Below, one piece after another: positions 1 to 10,687 of a stretch of 64,000 bases of DNA. The stretch comes from Candidatus Poribacteria bacterium (GTDB lineage Bacteria; Poribacteria; WGA-4E; WGA-3G), in the NCBI GenBank assembly GCA_965261115.1, contig OZ253447.1:1977656-2041655 (forward strand), read 5' to 3'. Position 1 is the first letter of the stretch, and every line of letters starts with the position of its first letter. The notes beneath the pieces were generated by a model. That model ran no database searches. It had not been told where the DNA came from and worked only from the letters and a program-made list of their open reading frames with translations. Position numbers and translations under genes: made by a program.

Positions 1-1873
1 GCCCCTCAGCAACCTGACTATCTCCCCCAAAAATATAAATCTGACCATCTATAATCTCAGTCGTATGTCCCGATTTACCAACCAGCATATCCCGCGCTTC
101 ACTCCAACGATCCCTTACCGGATCATAGATTTCAATCGTTGAATGATACTTATATTCCCTATCCTCCCAAACAGAACCGCCGATAACATAGATTTTGCCA
201 TTGATAAAGTTTGCCGAGTGTCCCGCTTTCCGAGTAAACATCTCTCGCCTTTCACGCCACCGATTCGTTTTCGGATTGAACACCTCGACACTCGAAAGAT
301 ACGGATCCGACTTGCTTAAACTCGCGGACGGCCCCGTGCCACCCGTCGCATAGATTTCGCCATTGACAACACTCAGTGCCGCCCAATACCGCGCATGGTG
401 CATACGGCTCGCCGTTACCCAGAGGTCCGTCGCTGGATCATACACCTCTACAGTCGCCAACTGCCCCCGTTTTCTGCCCATCGGACCGACCGCTAACCCA
501 CCAATCGCATAGATTTTGCCATCCACAACGCACGTCCGCGTCTTTCTCGGTGTCGGCATGTCCGCTTTCTGGGTCCAGCTGTCCGTAACCGGATCATACA
601 TTTCCACAGTTGGGAGGCCTTCAGCCTCGTGTACCCAACCCGTATACATCGGGACTTTCTTAATCTTTTCGCCACCGATAGCGTAGATTTTGCCATCCAC
701 AACGGAAACCGCTACACCAGACCGCTTTGTCGGCATATCCGCCTTCCGTTGCCAAGTATCGGTTTTCGGGTCATACATCTCCACCGTTGAAATAGCGATC
801 TCCCCAAATTCGTCCTTTTCCAGTTGTAGCCTGCCCCCTATAGCGAAGATCTTACCGTCTACAGTACCCGTAGAAAAGCAAGATCGCGCTGTCGGCATAT
901 CTGCTTTCCGCTGCCACTGTAATGTAGAAAACCTAAGAGAATCCCCTTGCGTCTCGGAAACCAGCGCCGCCTCAGCAACCCGCAGTCCTGCCCTGCTATT
1001 TTTATCCGTAGCAGCCACGCGCCCGATCTGGTCCCGGACATCCGGTTTTGAATCGGCATCCAGCACAATAAAGGCATCAACAAGCTCAACCGTCGGTTCG
1101 GCGACTGCATCGAAATTATACGGTTTCTGAAAGCGGACGAGATATTGGTGCGTCGCACCCAAGAGCATCACAACCAGAAACGCCGCCAGACCAAAAGCAC
1201 CCCACGGGAGCAACGGCTTCGCAACCGGAGGCGGTGTCGGTTGCAGATCAGCGACTTGTCGCATGATATTCTCGGTGAGGTTAGCAGGGAACTGCACACC
1301 CCCGAGCACCTCCTGGACCAAGAGTTCTTGATCCTCCCGCAAACGCTTCCGCGCCCGCCAGAGCCGATTCGTAATCGTATTGACCGAGACCCCCAAGAAT
1401 TTGCTAATCTCCTTCGCCGTCATTTCACCGAGATAGTGGAGTGTCATCACCGTACGCTCACTCTCCGGCAGTTTAGACAGCAGTTTTTCGACGATCGCAT
1501 AACGATGCTCGGTCCCTTCTACTTCGCGCTGTTCCGCAGTGTAATGAACATAAGAAGATTCCGCTATCTCTTCCATAGGTGTATCCTCCAGCGATTGCAT
1601 CGCCGGTTTATGTCTTTGAAGCCAATTAAGGCAAAGTCGATTTGCGATGACATACAGCCACCCCGCAAATTGATTCGGATTTTTGAGTGTCGAGAGTTTC
1701 TTATAGGCTTGCAAAAACGTATCCTGCGTAATCTCTTCCGCATAGTGAAAATCGCTAACCTTCCGCCACGCAAGCGCGTGAACACCTCTTTGGTGCCTTC
1801 GGACCAACATATCAAAAGCAGCGTCATCGCCAGACAAAATCCTACGAATCAGTTGAGCATCATTTTCCACCAT
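1..1873 (-). CDS. ECF sigma-70 factor fused to a TM helix and a C-terminal Kelch-repeat propeller (3' end runs off the window)
   Basis: Not in the ORF track (no stop in window). Manual translation from ATG at 1873 (AGGAG RBS): MVENDAQLIRRILSGDDAAFDMLVRRHQRGVHALAWRKVSDFHYAEEITQDTF...LPESERTVMTLHYLGEMTAKEISKFLGVSVNTI, then TM PLLPWGAFGLAAFLVVMLLG, then repeated DGKIYAIGG...VEMYDPxTDxW Kelch units. Confidence 0.9.
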   Translation of the reverse strand, partial: MVENDAQLIRRILSGDDAAFDMLVRRHQRGVHALAWRKVSDFHYAEEITQDTFLQAYKKLSTLKNPNQFAGWLYVIANRLCLNWLQRHKPAMQSLEDTPMEEIAESSYVHYTAEQREVEGTEHRYAIVEKLLSKLPESERTVMTLHYLGEMTAKEISKFLGVSVNTITNRLWRARKRLREDQELLVQEVLGGVQFPANLTENIMRQVADLQPTPPPVAKPLLPWGAFGLAAFLVVMLLGATHQYLVRFQKPYNFDAVAEPTVELVDAFIVLDADSKPDVRDQIGRVAATDKNSRAGLRVAEAALVSETQGDSLRFSTLQWQRKADMPTARSCFSTGTVDGKIFAIGGRLQLEKDEFGEIAISTVEMYDPKTDTWQRKADMPTKRSGVAVSVVDGKIYAIGGEKIKKVPMYTGWVHEAEGLPTVEMYDPVTDSWTQKADMPTPRKTRTCVVDGKIYAIGGLAVGPMGRKRGQLATVEVYDPATDLWVTASRMHHARYWAALSVVNGEIYATGGTGPSASLSKSDPYLSSVEVFNPKTNRWRERREMFTRKAGHSANFINGKIYVIGGSVWEDREYKYHSTIEIYDPVRDRWSEARDMLVGKSGHTTEIIDGQIYIFGGDSQVAEG

Positions 1874-1941
1874 CAAAATCTCCTAATTTTCCCCCAGGCC
1901 CGGCTCGGTCCCCAGACCCGGTAGGTGCGGTTTGCAACCGC

Positions 1942-2265
1942 ACCGGATCCCACGCGAAAACCTCACACACCCCAAAACCACCTCTTAAAATCCGCGTCCT
2001 CCGCGTAATCCGCGTAATCCGCGATTCAGAACGCACACCGCACCGGATCCCACGCGGAAACCTTACCCACCCAAAACCACCTCTTAAAATCCGCGTCCTC
2101 CGCGTAATCCGCGTAATCCGCGATTCAGAACGTACACCGAACCGGATCCCACGCGGAAACCTCACACACCCCAAAACCACCTCTTAAAATCCGCGTCCTC
2201 CGCGTAATCCGCGTAATCCGCGATTCAGAACGTACACCGAACCGGATCCCACGCAGAAACCTTAC
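1942..2265. repeat. Tandem ~100-bp repeat, 3 copies plus a partial, containing 9-bp TCCGCGTAA subrepeats
   Basis: ACCGGATCCCACGCG recurs at 1942, 2042, 2141 and 2241 with near-identical intervening sequence. Confidence 0.9.
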
Positions 2266-2266
2266 T

Positions 2267-4318
2267 TCAAAAAGCACCCGCAACCAGCACAAGATCCTGT
2301 ATATTCACAACCCCATCCCCATTAACATCCGCAGCACTATCACCCGATGCCCCAAGATGCGATGCGACCCAAACAAGGTCCTGGATATTAACAACATCAT
2401 CCCCATTAACATCCTCCCTGCGTCCTATAGGTTCAGGCGTAGAAGGATTGACTTCCCATAAAAGTATCGTACCATCCTTACTCCCACTTGCGACGGTATT
2501 CCCATCCGGACCAAACGCCACGCCGTCAACCTCATCCGCATGCCCACTGAACGTACGGAGCTCGCTACCCGTGTTAACATCCCAAATACGAACAGTAGTG
2601 TCCCAACTCCCAGTCGCAAGGGTGCTACCATCAGGACTCAACGCTATACCGACAATCGCATCCGTATGCCCAATCAGCCTGTGTAGCGAGTTACCCGTGT
2701 TGACATCCCAGAGCCGCGCAGTGTCGTCATAACTCCCAGTCGCAAGGGTGGTCCCATCCGAAGTAAACGCCACGCTGGCGACCCCATTACTATGCCCCGT
2801 GAATGTGAGAAGCTCGCTACCCGTGCTGACATCCCAGAGCCGCGCAGTGTTATCATAACTCCCAGTCGCAAGGGTATTGCCATCCGGACTAAACGCCACG
2901 CTTCTGAGCCAATTCGTATGACCAGTGAATATGCGAAGCTCGCGACCTGTATTAACATCCCAGAGCCGCGCAGTACGGTCACCACTCGCCGTTGCGAGGG
3001 TGCTACCATCCGGACTAAACGCCACATCTCTGATCCAATCCGTATGCTCGGTAAGCCTATGTAGAAGGCGACCCGTGTTCGCATCCCAGAGCCGCGCAGT
3101 ATCGTCATAACTCCCAGTCGCGATGATGTTACCATCCGGACTAAACGTTATGCTATTGACCCACTGCGTATGCCCAGTAAGCGTGTGGAGCAGGTTACCC
3201 GTGTTCGCATCCCACAGACGGACGGTGTAGTCCTCATTCCCGCTTGCGACGGTATTGCCATCCGGACTAAACGCCACGCCGATGACACCAGACGTATACC
3301 CACTGAACGTGTGTAGCGGGGTATCCGTGTTCGCATCCCAGAGCCGCGCAGTACCGTCATAACTCCCAGTGGCAAGGGTATTGCCATCTGGACTAAACGC
3401 CACGCCGATGACCCGATCCGTATGCTCAGTAAGCGTACGAAGATGTGAACCCGTGTCGGCATCCCAGAAACGGACAGTTTTGTTAGAACTCGCCGTTGCG
3501 AGGGTCTCGCCATCTGGACTAAACGCCACGCTGAAGATCGGAGCCCAATGTCCGGTAAGCGTGTGAAGCTCGTCACCCGTGTTCGCATCCCACAGACGCG
3601 CAGTGCTGTCCCAACTCCCGCTTGCGACCGTGTTACCATTCGGACGAAACGCCACACTATTGACCCCAGACCTATGCCCGGTAAGCGTCCGGAGCCGGCT
3701 ACCCGTAGTCGCATCCCAGAGACGAATAGTGTTATCCGCAGCCCCACTTGCGAGCATCGTCCCATCCGAACTCAGTGCGACGCTGGTGACCCCATTCCGA
3801 ACCCTATTGAACATCTTTGTATGCCCGGTAAGCGTGCGGCGTTCGCTACCCATATTCACATCCCAGAGACGGACAGTAGCATCCTCACCTCCGCTTACAA
3901 GCGTCATGCCATCCCGACTAAACACCACGCTATTGACCCCAGCCGTATGTCCAGTAAGCGTGCGGAGATGTGAACCCGTATTCGCATCCCAGAGACGAAT
4001 CGTGGTATCCTCACTCCCACTTGCCATGATACTGCCATCCCGACTAAACGCCACGCTGTTGACAGCACCCGTATGCCCTCTGACGAGTTCAAGTTCTTCG
4101 CCAGTCTGTGTGTCGTAGATCCAAACACCTATAATACTCACCACTGCCAGGCGTGTGCTATCTGGCGAATACTGTATTTCATTTATTTTCCCTTTACCGA
4201 GGCGTGCCTTAGCACCTTCCGGCAATCCCAACGTTATGTAGTCTTGTGCAAAAGCATTTGTCAAAACAGCAAACACCATCAAAAGCGTAACCAAAATCGA
4301 AAAAAGTATAGTTTTCAC
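2267..4318 (-). CDS. Secreted WD40-repeat protein (~14 repeats) with C-terminal dockerin/EF-hand-like pair
   Basis: Signal peptide ending AFA-Q; GH...VAFSPDG...ATGSxDxTxRLWD repeats; C-terminal DVNGDxVVNIQDLV twice. Confidence 0.92.
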   Translation of the reverse strand: MKTILFSILVTLLMVFAVLTNAFAQDYITLGLPEGAKARLGKGKINEIQYSPDSTRLAVVSIIGVWIYDTQTGEELELVRGHTGAVNSVAFSRDGSIMASGSEDTTIRLWDANTGSHLRTLTGHTAGVNSVVFSRDGMTLVSGGEDATVRLWDVNMGSERRTLTGHTKMFNRVRNGVTSVALSSDGTMLASGAADNTIRLWDATTGSRLRTLTGHRSGVNSVAFRPNGNTVASGSWDSTARLWDANTGDELHTLTGHWAPIFSVAFSPDGETLATASSNKTVRFWDADTGSHLRTLTEHTDRVIGVAFSPDGNTLATGSYDGTARLWDANTDTPLHTFSGYTSGVIGVAFSPDGNTVASGNEDYTVRLWDANTGNLLHTLTGHTQWVNSITFSPDGNIIATGSYDDTARLWDANTGRLLHRLTEHTDWIRDVAFSPDGSTLATASGDRTARLWDVNTGRELRIFTGHTNWLRSVAFSPDGNTLATGSYDNTARLWDVSTGSELLTFTGHSNGVASVAFTSDGTTLATGSYDDTARLWDVNTGNSLHRLIGHTDAIVGIALSPDGSTLATGSWDTTVRIWDVNTGSELRTFSGHADEVDGVAFGPDGNTVASGSKDGTILLWEVNPSTPEPIGRREDVNGDDVVNIQDLVWVASHLGASGDSAADVNGDGVVNIQDLVLVAGAF

Positions 4319-4393
4319 GCGTAATTTCTCCTCATAAGTTCACCATATTTATTGTTTTATTTCTAAATAAACGCCTGTCATTAACCAAACCCT

Positions 4394-4482
4394 GGTTCGT
4401 AGTAGCGCAATTGATTGCGCCGTACTTGCCCAAATGCGCCGTGCATTATTGCGCCGTGCGATGAATCGCACGACTACGAACC
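4394..4482. repeat. REPIN-like doublet of inverted GTAG hairpins
   Basis: GGTTCGTAGT...ACTACGAACC ends; internal hairpins GCGCAAT/ATTGCGC and GTGCGAT/ATCGCAC. Confidence 0.7.
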
Positions 4483-4885
4483 ATTTTCCCCTGGCCCGGT
4501 AGGTGCGGTTTGGAACCGAACCGGATCCTACCCCAGACCCGGTAGGTTCGGTTTCTAACCGAACCGGATCTTACGCGGAAACCTTGAAGACTTCAAAACC
4601 CTCTTCAGTCGCGTAGCGACGGAATGTTTATAGCAGCTATGGTGCGGTTTGGAACCGCACCGGATCTTGGGCACAAACGCTGTGGGAACCTCATTGGATA
4701 TTTTATGAAATTACCCAATGAATAAATTAATCTTCGTATAAGGGGAATTTAGGGTTTTTCTTCCTCTCAAAGTCCCCCTGATAAGGGGGATTTAGGGGGT
4801 TTTCTTCCATAGGTTCAAAGTCCCCCTGGTAAGAGGGATTTAGGGGGTTTCTTCCAATCTTCCTGTTTTCCATCCTTCCTCTTTA

Positions 4886-5815
4886 TTATTTCACCGCTCC
4901 TGCAGGCGGGGTTTGAAACCCCGCCTGCTTAAGCCGTCCCCAAGTAATAGCAAGTTTCCCCGTCGCCTCAACCCCAAGCGGAATACCAATCTTCGCACCA
5001 TTCTTCCCCGCCAGATGATGCCCATTGCGCGACGCATCTAAAAATTCCTGTGCCCCACCCGGCTCATCAAAATGCCACAACGCAACCGTCTTCGCGTCAT
5101 CTTTGAACTTACCGCGTGGCATAAAACCCTTTTTCTCAACATCGTAACGCGCCTCCGCCGAGATACGAACCTCATCAATATAGCCAGTAAAGGAATCCAA
5201 AAACGCTTTGGCTGGCGGACGACCCGGCATCACAATTATCTTTCCAAACCCGCCAAGCACGAAGTCCTTTGGACGCAAATTACGAGGATCACGATCATGT
5301 CCGAGCGGTTGACCATTTTGATGTGTCCCCCCGAAATCATTGACGATCGCCGTTACCTGATTCCCCTTCACCTGATGAGCGATATGGTACCATTGGTTCA
5401 GTTCAAGCGAGATCGGAAAAAATAGCGTTCGACCGAACCCACCATCAATATAGGAACTCATTTGCAAGACAAGATCCCCCTTCGGTGGATCGGTATTTAC
5501 CACATTCGCCAGTTCATTGAATTGACCTTCATTATTCAAGATGACCATATCCACCTGTTGATGGAGTATCACCAATACCGTCGTCTCCGTTTTGTCGGGC
5601 GGTGCAGTCAGATATATCCAAGCTTCAAAAGTGAACTCTTCCGTGCCATCCGGTAAAAGCCAACCGAAAGTTTCAAAATCCAAAACAGCATAGTCGTCGA
5701 CCCCATCGAGAACTAAATAGTTGCCACCCGCCGGTGAAGCCGGTGGAAACGCGTCAGCACCCAGCGGCATCAGTACCACCAAAAAAACGCACATAAAAAT
5801 TTGTCGGTATCCCAT
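4886..5815 (-). CDS. Secreted LamG/concanavalin-A-like jelly-roll protein with C-terminal GKLAITWGRLK motif
   Basis: Signal peptide; LDGVDDY, FTFEAWI, WYHIA, FTGYIDEVRIS and TVALWHFDE LamG motifs. Confidence 0.85.
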   Translation of the reverse strand: MGYRQIFMCVFLVVLMPLGADAFPPASPAGGNYLVLDGVDDYAVLDFETFGWLLPDGTEEFTFEAWIYLTAPPDKTETTVLVILHQQVDMVILNNEGQFNELANVVNTDPPKGDLVLQMSSYIDGGFGRTLFFPISLELNQWYHIAHQVKGNQVTAIVNDFGGTHQNGQPLGHDRDPRNLRPKDFVLGGFGKIIVMPGRPPAKAFLDSFTGYIDEVRISAEARYDVEKKGFMPRGKFKDDAKTVALWHFDEPGGAQEFLDASRNGHHLAGKNGAKIGIPLGVEATGKLAITWGRLKQAGFQTPPAGAVK

Positions 5816-6001
5816 TTTTTCTCCTTATCAAAATATCTAACGTCCAACACGCTTTCACAGTTTACCCATATTTAACGCTTAGCCATCCAATCTCTTAAAT
5901 GTTATCATCTTATCGCGTTGCCCCTTGCAGGCGGAGTTTGAAACCCCGCCTGCAGAGTCGTCGGATGTCCGTTACCACAGAAAAACGCGTAAGTCCTCAT
6001 A

Positions 6002-6045
6002 ATTAAAGACACAATTTTTGAAAAAAAATTGTGCATCATTTGAAA
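6002..6045 (-). promoter_or_regulatory. Candidate ECF-sigma promoter motif, copy 1 (upstream of the LamG gene)
   Basis: Minus strand TTTCAAA-TGA-TGCA-N21-GTCTTTAAT; the same motif occurs at 13.2 kb and 23.1 kb. Confidence 0.55.
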
Positions 6046-6156
6046 AAAAATGAAAAATTGGTAAAGCCAAGAGATATATAGGTAGGATAATGAATTGCAG
6101 TACAACAAATTCTAACCGCACTCCCAAACCCGGTAGGTGCGGTTTGGAACCGCACC

Positions 6157-6389
6157 ATAAGTGTCAATTTAAGAAAAAATAACCGTTTCGGCCCCGGACC
6201 CGGTAGGTTCGGTTTCCTAACCGAACCGGATACTACGCGGAAATTTTGAAGACTCCAAAAACCTCTTCAGTCGCGTAGCGACGGAATGTTTATAGCAGCG
6301 CATGACCCAAAAACCTAAGCCCCGTAGGGGCGGCATGTATAGAGATATTCCTACAAAATACCGTCAAAAATCCCTAAATTGACACCTAT
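6157..6389. mobile_element. MITE family 1 (TIR ATARGTGTCAATTTA), flanked by a duplicated 21-bp REP hairpin
   Basis: ATAAGTGTCAATTTA...TAAATTGACACCTAT; GGTGCGGTTTGGAACCGCACC on both sides. Confidence 0.8.
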
Positions 6390-6623
6390 GGTGCGGTTTG
6401 GAACCGCACCGGATCGTCCGCAGAAAGCTTAGATGTAGCAAACCGCCTCTTAAAATCCGCGCAATTCGCGATTCAGAATAAGTAGGAGCGAGCTGTGCTC
6501 GCGATCTTCTTGTAGGATGGATTGTTTTTATTGGGGATGTTTTTGCGTGGGTATTTCTGCGGATTTCTTCTACGGTTTCTAACCGCACTCCCAGGCCCGG
6601 TAGGTGCGTTTTGGAACCGCACC

Positions 6624-6877
6624 ATAGGTGTCAATTTAGGGATTTTCACGGTATTTCGGCGGACCGTCTCTATAGATGCTGCAGAAACACCCAAGCAAAA
6701 ACCCCCTACGGGGCTTAGGTCTGTGAGATTGCTTTTCTCTACACAGATACCATCCCTACCGGATTCAAGAGGTTTTTGAAGTCTTCAAGGTTTCTGTGTA
6801 AAATCCGGTTCGGTTAGGAAACCAAACCTACCGGGCCTGGGGCGGAGGCGGTTGTTATTTCTTAAATTGACGCTTAT
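6624..6877. mobile_element. MITE family 1, opposite orientation
   Basis: ATAGGTGTCAATTTAG...TAAATTGACGCTTAT; flanking REP duplicated with one mismatch. Confidence 0.8.
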
Positions 6878-7043
6878 GGTGCGGTTTGGAACCGCACCGG
6901 ATCTAAGACAGGAACCTCAAATATAGAAAACGCCTCTTAAAATCCGCGTTCTCCGCGTTCTCCGCGTTCTCCGCGATTCAGACTTCTCAAAGTCCCCCTG
7001 ATAAGGGGGATTTAGGGGGTTTTCTTAGAAGCGAAGACAAACC

Positions 7044-9992
7044 TCACAACCGCGCATCAAGCGGAATATGAAACACCCCACGCCGTTGCGTAGCAATATA
7101 AAGCCGATCCTCACTGACAACCAGAGAAACAATCGTATCCGGAACACTTGGAAAAATCTGTTCCCACTTACCATGCGCATCCAAGCGATAGACACTCGCA
7201 GCATCAGCACCATAAACGCGAGCATGATGGACAGCGAACCTATCTATCACAGTCCGTTCACCCATCCCATCCGTCAGCACGCGCCAATGTTCGCCGTTCT
7301 GTGAAACCAAGACCCCGCCGTCAGTAGCAACATAAACCGTAGCACCCGCAAAGGCTATCTCTTTAAAACCCGTAAAACGAAGCGGGAGGTTCGGTGTAAT
7401 ATCTTTCCAACTGTTGCCACCATCAAGCGACTGAAAGAGGGTACCATCTCGCTTACCGACATAGACGGTATCCCCTGAAACCGCCAACTGGAAACCCCTA
7501 TCAAATCCATAAAGAGATTCGCTATTATCGATTAAACCCGTATCCGTCCATTCTGAGTCACCGGGCTTCCATTTGAAAAGGTGTCGCTTCCATTGCGCGT
7601 AGAACGTCTGCCCACTCACTGCAAACGCCCCAATATTGTGGTGTTTAGCAATAGCGTAGAGTGGATTGGGTGAGTTATCACGCTTTTCCGGGGTATTAGG
7701 CAAATCATCCCCAGTCCACAAATTAACGGACGAAGATTCGCGTTCAAAAGCGGGTGCCCCCTGAACCGGAACGAGCACATTCTCCACAGTTAACCGGAAA
7801 AGGCGCAGCGCATCTTTTTCAGGAGCAGTTCTATATTCAGGAACGATGCCGTAGAGCGTGCCGTTAGCAACGGCTAACGGCGAAGCGAGGTTAAGGTGAG
7901 AAAATTTCTGTTCTATTGTCTCACGTTCTTGGGTGTTGGCGTCAATATTAAGGTAAGAAAATTTCTGTTCCATTGCTTCTAATGCTTCACGTATTAGGTT
8001 ATTAGAGTCAATCTGTACGGTTTCCCACGTCTCACCACCGTCAACGGATCGGATAAGATTCCCACCGGTATACCCATAGATGTTATTGTTAACTGCGACC
8101 AGATACTCTATTGCTGTTTCCCTGATGCCGTTCGTAAATAAGTGCCATGATTGACCACCATCGGTCGTGCGATGAATACCGGACGGACCGGCTCTATAAA
8201 AAGTCCTTTTATCCATCGCTACAATCCCTTGGGGTAAGTGGATTTCCCCAATACCAGCCAGAACATTAATACCAATTTCTGGATTCACAAGATTTGAATC
8301 ATTTTCGTCCATTATCTGCGTCCACGATGCCCCGAAGTCAGTCGAGTGAAAAATCGCGCCCAATCTGTCTGCATTGCCATCAAATGCTATATCTGTTGTC
8401 GACTTTTGGCTCGGTTCAATCCATCGCCAGTGAGAAAGGTCAGGCCCCGTTCCAACATAAAGGCTGTTTTCAAAGCCAGTCATCCAATAGACAGGTTCCG
8501 ATGGACTTGTCGGCAAGTGTCGCCAAATACTTGAATCAAGAAGGTAGATGCCATCGCTTGTGCCCGCAAATACCTTGTTGTTAATCGCAGCGACTGCTGT
8601 AATACTTTCACCTGCCAATCCAGTTTCCAAGAGATCCCACTGTGTACCAGCATCTGTAGATCGGAAGACACCTTCACCTTGAAGCGCGAGATACATGACC
8701 ATACCTGAACGCGAGGTGTCTCCATCCGTTGCGTCCATGATAACGAATTCGATGGGGTATCCTTTCGGTCGCGAGCAGAATACCTGCCACGTTTCGCCGT
8801 TATCGATGGAGGTGAATATATTATCCACGGAGACAACGTAGAGGGTTCCACCACGCGCTGCCATCGGCATCTGAAGTCTATCAGATCGCACCTCCGTGTT
8901 GATGAGTGTCCAAGCAGTCGCGTCCACTTCGCGTCTATAGATACCGGATGATGTAGCAGCGTAAAGCGTTCTTTCAGGTGCAACAAAGATGTTGAATACA
9001 GTCCCGCCATACGGACCATTTGTTTGCGTCCATTGCGACGCGGAAGACTCGCTGAAATTTTCCTGTCGGTTGGCGGTTAGCGTTGTCTCAGGACTTTGCG
9101 GACGGGGACGAACACTGCTACCGGGATAAACAACCTGTCCCGCCTGATTCTGCACAGCCGGTTTTGCATCAATCTCAACGGTGAAGAACGCGTCAACGAG
9201 TTCAACCGTCGGTTCAGCTTGTGCCTCGAAGCTATACGGCTGCTGAAACCGAGCAAGGTATTGACTGCTTGCACCCAGCAAGAGTATAATCAAAACCGTA
9301 GCTGTACCAAAAGCCGCCCACGGCAGCAGCGGTTTCGCAACCGAAGGCGGTGCCGGTTTCATGTCGGCAACTTGTCTTGTGATGTTCTCTATGAAGTTTG
9401 TCGGTAATTGGACACCACCGAGGACTTCACTAACCAAGAGTTCATCTTTCTCTTGCAAACGCTTGCGTGCCCGATGGAGTCGGCTATGCACCGTCTTCAC
9501 AGATACACCTAAGAACTTGCCAATCTCCTTCGATGTCATTTCACCGAGATAGTAAAGCGTCACAACCGTCCGTTCACTCTCCGGTAGTCGTGCGAGCAGC
9601 CTTTTGACAGTTTCGCCTCGCAGTTCAGAGGCTACCGTCTCGCGCTGCTCCGATACATAACGCGTATACGAGGATTTTTCTACCTCTCCCACATGCGTGC
9701 TCTCCAGCGATTGCGTCGCAAGTTTTTTCTTCCGCATCCAATTAAGGCAAAGCCGATTCGCGATAACATAGAGCCATCCTGCAAACTGATTCGGATTCTT
9801 AAGTGTAGCCAATTTTTTGTAAGCTTGGAGGAAAGTATCTTGTGTAATCTCTTCGGCATAGTGAAAATCGCCAATCTTCCGCCACACAAGCGCGTGCACA
9901 CTCTTTTGATATTTTTCTACCAAAGTGCTAAACGCCGCATCATCGCCAGACAAAATGTTGCGAATCAGTTGAACATCATTTCCTCGTTCCAT
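7044..9992 (-). CDS. ECF sigma-70 factor fused to a TM helix and an extracytoplasmic BNR/Asp-box beta-propeller region
   Basis: Sigma regions 2 and 4 in aa 1-190; TM LPWAAFGTATVLIILLLG; Asp-boxes SIDNGETW, STDAGTQW, STDFGASW, TTDGGQSW, SVDGGETW, SLDGGNSW. Confidence 0.9.
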   Translation of the reverse strand: MERGNDVQLIRNILSGDDAAFSTLVEKYQKSVHALVWRKIGDFHYAEEITQDTFLQAYKKLATLKNPNQFAGWLYVIANRLCLNWMRKKKLATQSLESTHVGEVEKSSYTRYVSEQRETVASELRGETVKRLLARLPESERTVVTLYYLGEMTSKEIGKFLGVSVKTVHSRLHRARKRLQEKDELLVSEVLGGVQLPTNFIENITRQVADMKPAPPSVAKPLLPWAAFGTATVLIILLLGASSQYLARFQQPYSFEAQAEPTVELVDAFFTVEIDAKPAVQNQAGQVVYPGSSVRPRPQSPETTLTANRQENFSESSASQWTQTNGPYGGTVFNIFVAPERTLYAATSSGIYRREVDATAWTLINTEVRSDRLQMPMAARGGTLYVVSVDNIFTSIDNGETWQVFCSRPKGYPIEFVIMDATDGDTSRSGMVMYLALQGEGVFRSTDAGTQWDLLETGLAGESITAVAAINNKVFAGTSDGIYLLDSSIWRHLPTSPSEPVYWMTGFENSLYVGTGPDLSHWRWIEPSQKSTTDIAFDGNADRLGAIFHSTDFGASWTQIMDENDSNLVNPEIGINVLAGIGEIHLPQGIVAMDKRTFYRAGPSGIHRTTDGGQSWHLFTNGIRETAIEYLVAVNNNIYGYTGGNLIRSVDGGETWETVQIDSNNLIREALEAMEQKFSYLNIDANTQERETIEQKFSHLNLASPLAVANGTLYGIVPEYRTAPEKDALRLFRLTVENVLVPVQGAPAFERESSSVNLWTGDDLPNTPEKRDNSPNPLYAIAKHHNIGAFAVSGQTFYAQWKRHLFKWKPGDSEWTDTGLIDNSESLYGFDRGFQLAVSGDTVYVGKRDGTLFQSLDGGNSWKDITPNLPLRFTGFKEIAFAGATVYVATDGGVLVSQNGEHWRVLTDGMGERTVIDRFAVHHARVYGADAASVYRLDAHGKWEQIFPSVPDTIVSLVVSEDRLYIATQRRGVFHIPLDARL

Positions 9993-10379
9993 CAGAATCC
10001 TCCATAATTAACGAATCGGTTTATCAGTATAGCAATACAGCCCCTGTTTTTCCAGTAAAATCTCGTATATATCAAGGTCATTTAGTTTTCCATTTTTCCA
10101 CAGCGTTTTGCCCCCAGACACAGTAGGTTTTCCCCATGTCCGCTAGGTTTTCCCCCAGGCCCGGTAGGTTCGGTTTCCCAACCGAACCGGATCCTACGCG
10201 GAAACCTTGAAAACTTCAAAACCCTCTTCAGTCTCAGACCCAGGCCCGGTAGGTTCGGTTTTGCGGTGTACTCACCCAAATGCGACGTGCATTCCTAACC
10301 GAACCGGATCCTACGCGAAACCCTTGAAAACTTCAAAACCCTCTTCAGTCTCAGACCCAGGCCCGGTAGGTTCGGTTTC

Positions 10380-10518
10380 ATGAAGATTAATTTTTTAATT
10401 CGGTAATTTCATAAAATATCCAATGAGGTTCCCACAGCGTTTGTGCCTAAGATCCGGTGCGGTTCCAAACCGCACCTACCGGGCCTGGGGATTACCGGTT
10501 TATTTTTTTAAACTTCAT
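10380..10518. mobile_element. MITE family 2 (ATGAAG...CTTCAT) inserted in a REP loop
   Basis: Flanks GTTCGGTTTC | CTAACCGAAC rejoin to the intact REP seen near 6205; element inverted relative to the other copies. Confidence 0.75.
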
Positions 10519-10687
10519 CTAACCGAACCGGATTCTACGCGGAAACCTTGAAAACTTCAAAACCCTCTTCAGTCGCGTAGCGACGGCATGTTTATAGCAG
10601 CGTTTCCAAGCAAAACCCCAAGCCCCGTAGGGGGTTTTTGCTGGGGTATTTCTGCAGCATGTTTATATCTGTTTTGTCTATTTCCCC

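Noticed and set aside
1145-1924. 259-aa plus-strand ORF (and similar ones at 9693..10007 and 16355..16567)
   Set aside because: Antisense shadows of the ECF sigma genes; their mutual similarity follows from the paralogy.
1860-2180. Repetitive ORF RITRITRRTRILRGG and other short ORFs over intergenic repeats (6364-6779, 10082-10279, 30515-30718, 35320-35619)
   Set aside because: Translations of REP/MITE DNA with no RBS or protein features.
1942-2265. Regular ~100-bp periodicity as a CRISPR array
   Set aside because: Whole units are near-identical, with no unique spacers and no cas genes.
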